In this document: one piece after another, positions 52,937-63,725 of the stretch
How positions within the stretch are numbered: the first letter of the stretch is position 1
Layout of the letters: every line of letters starts with the position of its first letter
Origin: Paraphysomonas bandaiensis
Taxonomy: Eukaryota; Protista; Chrysophyceae
Reading direction: 5' to 3'
Length of the DNA stretch: 64,000 nt
NCBI GenBank assembly: GCA_965644295.1
Contig: CBFFRP010000159.1
Span: 61,676-125,675, forward strand
Translations under genes and position numbers: made by a program
The notes under the pieces: model-generated
What the model saw: the letters and a program-made list of their open reading frames with translations, nothing else
The model's database searches: none
Told to the model about the DNA's origin: nothing

Positions 52937-55161
52937 ATAGTGAGACAAAAGACAAAAAGACAGAAGACATTTTTCTGGAAAAATGTCTTCTGTCTTTGAA
53001 AAGCTGTAGTTATAGGAGGACAAAAGACAGAAATCCGTCGAAAGACAAAATGTCTTTCTGTCTTCGGCCGACAGAAAGACATAAATATGAGCAAATTTAT
53101 GTCTTTTTGTCTTCAAGGACAGAAATCGAGAGTGGAAGACATTTTTACACAATGGAGCTTCATTAATAGTTATACACCTCATAAACAGCACCAGGCGCAA
53201 TGATTTATAGTCTCAAGGATTGGCAGAAGCTTGCCATTGCTTTGGCAGGCATGGAGACCCATGGTGTCAAGACCACGACGATTACAGAGCTTGGAGAAAC
53301 ATGTCGGTGAAACTACTTACGACACGCCGCACTCCTGTCAACAATGAAAGCACTGACATCTACATCAATGAAACCGTATCCCTGACCGAGTATATTCCGG
53401 CAGGAACCATAACTATTATCAGATTGTGAAAGGTGAAGAGTGTGTGTTGATTTAAACATACATATACATACATACATACATACATACATACATACATACA
53501 TACATACATACATACATACATACATACATACATACATACATACATACATACACTAGGAACTCTTTGGAATCAACTCTGAAACTATTTGGAAGAAATAAAC
53601 AACACTGGAAATAAAGAAGGAAGTCAGTCATTAATGAGTTCACTCCAGATTTTGTTATCCTTTTGAATAAGGTATATATATCTTATAAAGTTATTCAATA
53701 GTAATATTTGTTGATGCAGGACGAAACAATACCGTCAGGCGTGCAGATGAGAGAGTTGCTCGTCAAGACGGTGGAGCTCTCCTGGAATCGTAAAGAAGCT
53801 GAAAGGATAAGAAGAGAGCTGGCACTAACAGCAACGCCAACCAATGGTAATTATCTTGGTCCGATTGATTGTCTGTTATCCATGCAAGTTCTGTTTGTTT
53901 TATACATATGTTGTTACTATATTATACACGTTAGTTATAATGACGTTTGTCAGTGTCAGTTTTAAATTCACAACTTTGTTTATTACAATTGACTAATAAT
54001 TATCACATGATCTAACTGTAAGATGCATTTAATCTTGCATGTAATCACAGATATATTGAATGGGATCTAACTACACAAACAACTGAAATGTAGTGTATGT
54101 TGTACATATAACATATTGGCAACATATTGTAATAAACTAAATATACACATTCAACTTCAATATTGGGTTAACAGAAACTCACTTCTATCTTAAGTATCAA
54201 TTATGATATTGGCAGTCATATGTATAGATATCGTTATATTACAAAATTATAGAGAAACCACAATGATGAGTCAACTATCAAAAGGAGTTCATCAAACACT
54301 CCAAGTCATCATCCGTCTTTCGTCTGATGTGGAAGATTATAATGATGTCAGTGCATGCGATCTATCTTCATAACCTGGACTTCGAAACAAGAGCAAGAAT
54401 ATTACAGGAGAGTTTAAGTGCCATATTTGATGCTGTATAGGAAGTTAAGGGCAGTAACACCCAGCTCTTTCAACCCAGCTCTTTCAAGGTGTCCGTCACC
54501 ACGTCGTGCGTATCAGGATTGTGCGCCTCATCTTACTATCATTCAAATCAGGTGCACTCGCAGAGGCTGAGCGTGTTTATATAAATGTGATGATGATGCT
54601 AATCAAGGCATTAAAAAGCATCGTGCTTGAAACATTTGATACGTAATTCCAAAACGCGTTCTGAATTTCTTGCCTGATGCAGTGTGACATGGTATATAAT
54701 ACAATACCAAAAGTCATACCTTCACAAGTTGTGGGGTCTCTTATCCTTGTATTCCTCAGCAGGAGTCCCCATGGTGTGTTATCGTAGCCAGTCCGTTCGT
54801 AGACATTTCTTCTTGCAAAGATACGATCCTAACTGGACGCTGGAGATTGCTTCATGAGCTGTTTGATCAAGGATGTCCTGCACAGACAACTTTCGGGACA
54901 ATGCACTCACACATGAAATATCATGCTATCAACTTTACACAGTCACTTGTGACTTATGTCGATGCTTAATGCATTGCTTCGCAGTATATTCAGTGAGATC
55001 TAGCAAGCAGGGAATGAGTAGAATTCAAAATTCTAAAAAAAATCGCTGTTTTGTCTTTTGTCTTTCTGTGTGCACTATAATTACGGCTTCGTTTGCACCC
55101 GACAAAAACAATTTGGATGAAAAAAAATGTCTTTTGTCGTTTTGTCTTTTGTCTCCACTAT
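52937..55161. mobile_element. Non-autonomous TIR DNA transposon A (2225 bp) flanked by AATT
   Basis: ~38-bp imperfect TIR ATAGTG(G)AGACAAAAGACAAAA(A/C)GACA(G/A)AAGACATTTTT at both ends; many subterminal GACA(A/G)AA repeats; AATT at 52933-36 and 55162-65. Confidence 0.85.
53456..53552. repeat. (TACA)n microsatellite inside transposon A
   Basis: Direct observation. Confidence 0.98.
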
Positions 55162-55403
55162 AATTCTAGAGGCGGAAAAAACTGTAGGCAGAGGAAAAAA
55201 CTCTAAGCATTTTTTTCGAAGTATTTTCACATTCCAGACACCATATTACACACAGTTTCATAGGTTAAGGTACCCCACATATGGCAATCATACGATCCAC
55301 CATGTGACTATTGTACAACTCTCCAAGTACCTTTGGTAAGGATATGCAATTGTTTAAGTGATGTATTGACTGAAGTTGTTAGTTCTTTTTCATTAATTCG
55401 AAA

Positions 55404-57429
55404 ATGCTCTCAACTCGTTCAGGAGTAAGTCGAGCGCCTCCAACAGGTAAAACACATGAAGAACGGCTGAACAACGCAATATATTATCATGAAAAGCTGG
55501 GCATGAGTATGGAAAAGGCTGCGATCCTAGCTTCTGTTAACAGAAATACGCTGTCAGCGTAAGTAATTTAAAACTGAACCTGTGTATTGTTGACTCAACT
55601 TTCGGTGCAGTGCTCTTAGAAGGCAAAAGAATGATGAACCAGTTCATGTTTCCGTAGGAAGAAAGCGACTTTTGTCGGATAGTGGTGTGGTTAAGCTGCA
55701 GAGAACGATTACTGACCTGTCGATGGACCTTGGTAGTCCTGAGGCGAGTATAGAGTTTGGAAAACGCTTTCAAGATTCAGTAAAAGAGGAACGCAATAAT
55801 CGCGTTGCGAAAGTCATTTATTCGGCTAGAACAGAGAGGAAATATAAACAGCGGGCGCAATTACTTACTTATCAAGCAGAAAAAAAGCCCCAGGGGAGAA
55901 TCGATGCATACAGGAATTTAAGGACGCCAATTTCTTTTTGTGCAATGCTCACCTACTTGCAGACCTTTGTACCAAGGGAGCTATTTTTCAGCAGTGATGA
56001 CGTTTCGATATTGCTGAATGGTATGCACGAAAAGCCAGTCGTTCTGACAACCGAGGCTGCTCTCCAGCAATTAAAAGCGTTAAATTTATCCGTGTCAAGT
56101 CAGGAAACTCATCAAAAACAGAGAGTCGTGTCCTTCAACTGTACTATTGCTGGAGATGGGCGCCTTATGTGCACCGTTATTAAGTTTGCGGATAGAACAT
56201 TTTCAGACTTTGATGGGAAACCGCGGCTTTATAGAGTGGATACTGGCCTTTATGTGTGCTTATATCCTTATGGTATTCCAGATTCTACAGTGGATAAACA
56301 TGTCTATCAAGGAGCTATTATTCCAGAGGTTAATTCTCGCCGCGAATCTCTTCAGAATTCACGCCGAGAGGTTGAAGTTGTTTTATCTCCTGAGGATGGT
56401 GCAGTCGTTTACCCTGGAGTGGTTTCTTCAGAAAACGGACATAGCAGCTCTTCAACACATGAATATCTTGTCCTTGCCTGCGATGGTGCCAGTGGACAGA
56501 TTCAAGCCATCGAGAATTACTTACATCCACGAAGCCAACGTAAGGGTATGAAACATATCTGGGCGAAATACGCAGGGGGTTGTAGTATGATTCAATCTGC
56601 GAATGACAAAGGTTCATGTCATCGCACCCTCCACAAACAGTTCCATTCACCGCACTTTAAGTATGATAATTCTGCTGACCCTCCAGGGCAGGAATGGGCC
56701 GTTGTAAAGGAGGTGTTAAAAAGGTATCTGCGTTTGGACTCCTTTAAAACGATATGGAAGTGTATGTGCAATGCTAGGCCATTTTTAAGCAAATCATTTA
56801 ATGAGCAATCAATTCAGCATGCGTTTGACAATGCTGGCGTTGTAATGATTGCAACTGGGTTATGTGATGTTGTTACCATTTTGAGCCACTGCCCACACTT
56901 CAGAGAATTGTCCGAGGAACAAGTGAATTTCCTTCTAGGTACTTTACCTCGATTCTCTAAAGTTTTTGAGGAGTATCGTTATATACCAGAGTGTATATTT
57001 GAAGAAATACTCAAAGGTGACTCAAACATAGACGGCATAGATAATTGCCCACATCGAGTTGGAAAGCCGCTGAACAGATTGGCGGTGAATCGACAGCGAT
57101 GTTTACTTCTCGGTGATTCCAGTCTGTTAGAGCATCAACAAATGATGAAAGAGGATAATGATTCCAACTTTATTAATACCAAATGGAGGACAGAAAGGTG
57201 TGCAGCAGAAAGGTGTAAAGAAAAACAAAAACCTGTGAAAACTACCAGATTACGGCGGTGCTCTGTGTTGGTATGTAGAACAACAGATCCTGGTACACCG
57301 AACAATAGATGGATCAGCTGTCCCACAAAAAATTGTCGCCAGATTGTCTGTGGCAAGTTGCAGTGCAGAGAGCAACTAAGCATCCACATGGAGTCTTGCT
57401 GTGGCATCCAGCAAGTTGATATGGCGTGA
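55404..57429 (+). CDS. pogo-like DDD transposase, 657 aa, one 52-nt intron (55559-55610)
   Basis: Exon 1 has an HTH_psq-like segment (RLNNAI...MSMEKAAILASVNRNTLS) followed by GRKRLL. Candidate catalytic residues FSSDDVS, LACDG and QSAND (40 aa between the last two). C-terminal Cys/His finger. Confidence 0.8.
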
Positions 57430-57477
57430 ATGTGTTTATACGCAACACGTATGCGTACATTATATCGAACATCGAAC

Positions 57478-57548
57478 CTTTGTATTTGCTATCGCTTTTG
57501 TATTTGTTACCGCTTTTTTATTTGTTACCGCTTTTTTATTTGCTATCG
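57478..57548 (+). repeat. 18-bp minisatellite x4 downstream of the transposase
   Basis: TTT(G/T)TATTTG(C/T)TA(T/C)CGCT units. Confidence 0.85.
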
Positions 57549-59026
57549 AACTTTGTTTGTATTTGTATCTCGTGATTTAATTTTTGTTCACATGCGACTT
57601 TTTGTAATAATAGCTTGTATTTAATCTGTGCACTTTTGTGGCGTCATTATTTATCCTGTGTCGTTATGTAATAGTACTCCTTCATTTAGTAGTATATTAG
57701 TAGAGTATAACGATTGGAACAAGAAGGCTGTCTTTAAACCACAAATATCAACTAAACGGTCATGATAACAATAATATATATAGGTTGTGGGTGAGATTAT
57801 CAGAGATGATACGTAACAGTGTAGCAGTAGTAGAAGTCATTGGAATCGTAAATTACAGAAGCTTGTTGCACATATAATGAAGGCACACTATCTAAGGATG
57901 AATAATAAAGGGGTTACGTATTCTACATGTCGCTATAAATGTTGTCTGTCAGTTTTATACGGTCACAACTCGCATAAATATCTCTATAAACTCGCATAAT
58001 TTATCTACATATAATCGTATTTCCAGACCAACAGTGAAAGACATATTAACCTGAACAAGAAAATGAAGTTAAATTATTTATAATAACTCACTATAAACAT
58101 CCAATTTGATTGGGTAGGGTTGATATCATATCATACGACATTTCGTTACAAGTGACATAAGTGCGAACTGTATTGCTTTGCAAAGTAGCAACTCATCCAA
58201 TATGGCCTTAATATTTCATCAAAGCATACTTACATGAATCAAACCATTATAACAGTATCATAAACAGTCATTGAGGTTAAATTCACTGCAAAATAGGACT
58301 ACTACACCCGTGGTTGGAAGGGGTTTGGGACCATGGGTGTCAATACCGCATATAGAGCTCAGTCAATGAGTGAACATAATTCCAACAAAATAAGAGATGA
58401 ACGTCAATATCATGATTTCATATCACTCAAATATTAAGAATAATACGATTCTTTGAATTTGGGGACATGTGGGATCATCAAGTGCAACAAGGAAGATGCA
58501 ATTAGGGAGAGGTCTCCTACAGTGACCTGTGCATATTTCTTGACCGTTTTTCAATGAATCCAGAATAAGAACTCATGATCTCATCTTTGCAATCACAACA
58601 TTGTTATCAGCAACTGGTCTCTGCTATGTACCTCACAGTGAGTTCAGGAGCTCTCCATCAACTGTGAATTTTGATGCAGGATAACAATTGCAATCTTACA
58701 ATCAAATTTCCACCAAAACTTGTGGAAGTTGGACTCCACACCTCCAGAATAGCATGTTCTATTGGTAACCCAGTGTGTTTATGTGGTATGTCTCAATGTT
58801 GGAGCATATGATTGACATATGGAGGGCACTTTAAACTATGAAAGTGTGTGGAATACGGTGCCCGGAATGTGCAAATGACTCAAAAAAACTGCCTAGAGTT
58901 TTTTCCTCTGCCTACAGTTTTTTCCGCCTCTAGAATTAGTGGCCTGAGGGGCGTATGGGATTGCCTGGTGTACGTCTGTGCCCCCCGTCGGTAGGATGGA
59001 TGTATAGTATAGTACTACAGTACTAC

Positions 59027-59276
59027 TGTACGTATGTACGTATGTATGTATGTATGTATGTATGTATGTATGTATGTATGTATGTATGTATGTATGTATG
59101 TATGTATGTATGTATGTATGTATGTATGTATGTATGTATGTATGTATGTATGTATGTATGTATGTATGTATGTATGTATGTATGTATGTATGTATGTATG
59201 TATGTATGTATGTATGTATGTATGTATGTATGTATGTATGTATGTATGTATGTATGTATGTATGTATGTATGTATG

Positions 59277-59310
<34 letters not shown>

Positions 59311-59490
59311 TGTATGTATGTATGTATGTATGTATGTATGTATGTATGTATGTATGTATGTATGTATGTATGTATGTATGTATGTATGTATGTATGTATG
59401 TATGTATGTATGTATGTATGTATGTATGTATGTATGTATGTATGTATGTATGTATGTATGTATGTATGTATGTATGTATGTATGTATGTA
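59027..59490. repeat. (TATG)n microsatellite, ~460 bp
   Basis: Direct observation. Confidence 0.99.
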
Positions 59491-59659
59491 CAGCAGTAGG
59501 AGTATGTGCACAGAAGTATGTCGAGAAACAGCCCCACATTTCTATGTAGGAAGGTTTTTATATAGTGGTAGTGTATACTTTGGTATACAGTCCTCTCTCT
59601 AGTTTGCTGTTAACCGCTCGTTCATTAAATAATCCACATACTATTGACCTGCACACACC

Positions 59660-60985
59660 ATGAAATCCGCTGGAGAACCCGCTCATGGAGTAGGTGATCG
59701 CAATACCTACTACAACAAATGGGACAAGTTTGCAAAAGAGTCTGTTTCAGAGATAGAGAATGAAGAGGCAGAGATTAAGAAGCAACTTGAGCAACAGGCT
59801 GCAGGTACTCCTGTCAGTTTGGCAGAGAAAAAGGACTTAGAGAAGAGGGAAGCCCTCAAAGAGGCGAAGAAGATGTGGGATGGTGTATCAGCTTCTCAAG
59901 AAGCCAGTAAAGTTATTGTTGAGGACGAAAAGGATTTGAAGCAGCGTGTGCTCGAGTTTGACACACAGTCTCGTCGAGTGTTAGTATTGAAGAATAATAG
60001 CGACTGTCATTACTATATGCCTCATGACCAGAAACTTGTGAAGCTTTTCGTTGAAGGGTGTTCGCGGTGCAAGCTACACATAGATGGCTCCCTCGTTACA
60101 AGCACAGTTGAGTTATCGAGATGTGAAGATATCACCATATCTTTCATGAAACAGCCGACTCATACTGTTCAAGTTGATATGTCTTCAAATGTGACAGTTT
60201 ACTATGCTGAGCGCCTCTTTGATGATAACTGTAAAGTGTATCATTCGGGTGTTCGAAACTTACGCGTGGACTATGACCATGTGGGTGATGGAAACACGAA
60301 ATACCAAGTTTTGGATGATATAGAGCTGTGTGAGATGCATGATAAACTGAATACTCCAAGTTCTGCTTTGACATCTGATCGTCAATTTGTTACGACTTTC
60401 GTGGACGGTGACTTGATCACCGATCTTGTCGTGAGAGATGCTGGTGGCCACCCAACTACTTTGCGTGAACTAGAACAGCGTAGGAAGGCTGTGGAAGCCG
60501 CTGCTCTGGAGAAGGGCTTGGACCTAAACTGCGAGCAAGTGCAGAAAATGATTCATGAGTATGACCCTGTGACCCCCCAGCACCAAGGCAGGAAACACAA
60601 GGACGAGGGAAACAAAGCATTCAAAGAGTGCGATTATGCTCAAGCTTCTGTTCATTACACCCAAGCCATCGACTGTCTACAGGTAGTAGCAGATGAAGCA
60701 GAAGGGCGGGATATACTCGCCACGGTATACTCCAATCGCTCGGCATGTTCTCTGAAGTTAGGTGACCATGCCACCGCCCTTGCTGATGCCAATGCTTCAC
60801 TAGAAATAGATCCCGACCACATCAAGTCGAATTTTCGAAAGGGACTTGCTCTCCACGCGATGGGAAGGTATCGCGAGGCGTGTCCAGTGCTAGGCCGTGC
60901 TCTACACCTGCAACCGAATAATGCACAAATCAAGTCTGCTTTGCAATTTGCCGAGCGCAAAGCTATGTTGGAAGGACAGAGGTAG
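59660..60985 (+). CDS. Intronless protein with a C-CAP/cofactor-C-like beta-helix and C-terminal TPR repeats
   Basis: Beta-helix repeats (KLFVEGCSRCKLHI, TVELSRCEDITI, TVQVDMSSNVTV) and TPR motifs KDEGNKAFKECDYAQA, YSNRSACSLKLG, KSNFRKGLAL. Confidence 0.85.
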   Translation: MKSAGEPAHGVGDRNTYYNKWDKFAKESVSEIENEEAEIKKQLEQQAAGTPVSLAEKKDLEKREALKEAKKMWDGVSASQEASKVIVEDEKDLKQRVLEFDTQSRRVLVLKNNSDCHYYMPHDQKLVKLFVEGCSRCKLHIDGSLVTSTVELSRCEDITISFMKQPTHTVQVDMSSNVTVYYAERLFDDNCKVYHSGVRNLRVDYDHVGDGNTKYQVLDDIELCEMHDKLNTPSSALTSDRQFVTTFVDGDLITDLVVRDAGGHPTTLRELEQRRKAVEAAALEKGLDLNCEQVQKMIHEYDPVTPQHQGRKHKDEGNKAFKECDYAQASVHYTQAIDCLQVVADEAEGRDILATVYSNRSACSLKLGDHATALADANASLEIDPDHIKSNFRKGLALHAMGRYREACPVLGRALHLQPNNAQIKSALQFAERKAMLEGQR

Positions 60986-61164
60986 TGAGACACCTATGCT
61001 ACCTGCCACCCGCAGTGAATTTAATCTAGATTGAAACTCTAAAATCTTAGAGCGGACTCCATCCATAAATAACTACTTAATATATTTCTAATCTATTTTC
61101 TGAGAATTAAACTAATTTGTCGTATACTCTGCTAAGTCGTTAACTTTATCAGATGTCGATTGTG

Positions 61165-61616
61165 AAAGTCTTATTATTAGCAGTAGTTAGATGAAGACTA
61201 ATCAAGCTAGATCGACGCTACCTGTAACTAACTAGCACAAATTCTCATATCCTACTCCTACCTACTATGTAACGCTACAGTAGCACAAAGTCGCTACAAG
61301 CACCAAGGTGCAACCACTTCCGTTCTTGTATGTGAGGGAGAAGCTCTCTATGGACTATGGACGTTAGTCCTTAAGGTAGAGAAGGATTAATCAAGGGCAC
61401 ACCCCTTGGGGTGGGGCTCCTCAGGACTTTGTGGAGATGGATTCTGAATCAGTGAGACAAGTGTTCTTAACCTGAGATACATTGGGAATATATTGGGGCT
61501 CCGGCGTGTCTTTGAATGGTTCCAGCTGCGAATTGGGCCTCGGGCAGAGGCGTCTCCGCTGAGGCTGGGTGGTGGAAGAGGAAGGCAACCGGAGAGGCGC
61601 GATAGGTCTCCGCTTT
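61165..61616 (-). mobile_element. 3' end of a related LINE (end of ORF plus 3' UTR), cut by the TIR element at 61617
   Basis: The minus strand ends ...PEEPHPKGCALD* (compare the LINE end PMETHPKGRPPDQ*), followed by GAACGGAAGTGGTTGCACCTTGGTGCTTG. Confidence 0.8.
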
Positions 61617-62028
61617 AAGTCGAGGTAATACCAAAACCTGGTAAAGCAATTTCACCAGGTTTCATATATAAGTATTGAGTTATTATTTTACTGTAATTTG
61701 TATCTGAGAGGTTAAAGATAAAGAAAAAGTCGCAAGTATAGTTGTTATTAGCAGTATTTATTGCGTTAAAAGTTGGCCCTGCTATTATTACTTGTGTTTT
61801 GTAATATCATATTCTCATATAGCTACACCTGCTTCGCTTGAGACTGCAAACGCTCCAACCGAATAGCCTGATTTCGGATACATTGCATACGCATATAGCC
61901 ATCTTTACCACTACTACTTACAGTAGTATTAGTACCTATGCTCGGAAACGACGCGGCAACAGCCGCTGGGGGCACATTGCTAGTAGGTGGAGGATCATAA
62001 GCAGGTGAAGGATCATAAGCAGTTAGTA

Positions 62029-62861
62029 CAGTGTATAGTAACAACGCACAACAATAATCAGAACAATACCGCATATATACGACATACGACCCCGTCACCA
62101 TCTTTATGAACAGTATTACTTACCCTGCTCGTGCGCTTTCGTGGTATCTCTTCCTCCGCCTCCGGGTCGTCGTTGGATATGTCGCCACGAATGTTGACAA
62201 CATTCTTCTTCCCGTTGCACTTCTCCTACACCATAATATGTACACAGTTAGTGCAGTGTATAGTAACAACGCACAACAATAATCAGAACAATACCGCATA
62301 TATACGACATACGACCCCGTCACCATCTTTATGAACAGTATTACTTACCCTGCTCGTGCACTTTCGTGGTATCTCTTCCTCCGCCTCCGGGTCGTCGTTG
62401 GATATGTCGCCACGAATGTTGACAACATTCTTCTTCCCGTTGCACTTCTCCTACACCATAATATGTACACAGTTAGTGCAGTGTATAGTAACAACGCACA
62501 ACAATAATCAGAACAATACCGCATATATACGACATACGACCCCGTCACCATCTTTATGAGCAGTATTGCTTACCCTGCTCGTGCACTTTCGTGGTATCTC
62601 TTCCTCCGCCTCCGGGTCGTCGTTGGATATGTCGCCACGAATGTTGACAACATTCTTCTTCCCGTTGCACTTCTCCTACACCATAATATGTACACAGTTA
62701 GTGCAGTGTATAGTAACAACGCACAACAATAATCAGAACAATACCGCATATATACGACATACGACCCCGTCACCATCTTTATGAGCAGTATTGCTTACCC
62801 TGCTCGTGCACTTTCGTGGTATCTCTTCCTCCGCCTCCGGGTCGTCGTTGGATATGTCGCC
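62029..62861 (-). repeat. 225-bp tandem repeat (~3.7 copies), each a 102-nt exon-like plus 123-nt intron-like unit
   Basis: Period 225. The minus strand shows TAG|exon|GTAAG with a CACTAAC branch point. Confidence 0.9.
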
Positions 62862-62864
62862 ATG

Positions 62865-63725
62865 TCTGAGAGTGGTATCAGCTCTGCAGCAATCTGATGT
62901 ATGTGTACGTGTCTGTCTGTCTGTCTGTGTGCTCAGGAGGTGTGATCCACACAACAATGAACACCTCATCCGATAAACCACACCTCCTGAGCACTCCTCA
63001 CTGTCATCAACAATGTCACCATATTAACATCAGAAGATACTAACTCAGAAGATACATGCATCACTCTATATGTATGCATGTGTATGGTGTGTTAAGTTAT
63101 GCATATATATATATTATTGTCATGATGTGCGTGTTGTAAGCACTGCTCGTGCAGTGTGGTTGCGGTGTAGTATGATGGGTTCAATGTTCAGGTGGGCTCA
63201 AAGCAGGGGGAATAGGAAGTGTTCTAACGTGCACAATCAAACGATGTTATAATGTTTCGTCTGCTTGTACTTGTTGGACCTCTCTACACGAGTCCACACT
63301 CCTCAATCCACTGTATGAGGCTCTGTGCTACAGCCTCGTGACCAAACACTGTCATGAAGACCTTCCTGGAAGGCAGTTATAAGCCTGCAACTCTGAACCA
63401 CATAGTAAGAAGTGTCATCTGAGAGTGGTGTGACCTCTGCAGCATTCGGAGGTGTGTGTATGTATGTGTGTGTCTGTCTGTGTGCTCAGGAGGTGTGATC
63501 CACACAACAATGAACACCTCATCCGATAAACCACACCTCCTGAGCACTCCTCACTGTCATCAACAATGTCACCATCTAAGCACCAGAAGATACTGACTCA
63601 GAAGATCCATCCCTCTATATGTATGTATGTGTGTGTGTGTGTGTTAAGTTATGCATATGTATTATGGTCAAGATGTGCGTGTTGTAGTCACTGCTCGTGC
63701 AGTGTGGTTGCGGTGTAGTGTGATG
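62865..63725. repeat. Diverged ~310-bp direct duplication (62865-63177 and 63418-63725), each copy with a 16-bp perfect hairpin
   Basis: GTGCTCAGGAGGTGTG...CACACCTCCTGAGCAC at 62929-62994 and 63482-63547. Confidence 0.85.

Larger units (their letters stand above)
55166..58933 (+). mobile_element. Putatively autonomous TIR DNA transposon B (3768 bp), 40-bp perfect TIRs, flanked by AATT
   Basis: CTAGAGGCGGAAAAAACTGTAGGCAGAGGAAAAAACTCTA at 55166 and its exact reverse complement ending at 58933. AATT at 55162-65 and 58934-37. Confidence 0.93.

Noticed and set aside
53199-53890. Gene inside transposon A
   Set aside because: Splice-like signals and short ORFs are present but interrupted by stops, with no recognisable product. 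At most a decayed remnant.
58893-59602. ORFs of MYVC/HTYI repeats (also at 33.1-33.6, 39.7-40.0 and 53.3-53.6 kb)
   Set aside because: Artefacts of stop-free (TATG)n microsatellites.
62029-62861. CRISPR array or U1 snRNA repeats (TACTTACC resembles the U1 5' end)
   Set aside because: No spacers. TACTTACC is the reverse complement of a 5' splice site, and no U1 stem-loops or Sm site follow.
62945-62978. Hammerhead ribozyme in the hairpin loop (minus strand CGGAUGAG)
   Set aside because: Lacks CUGAUGA and the GAAA core.
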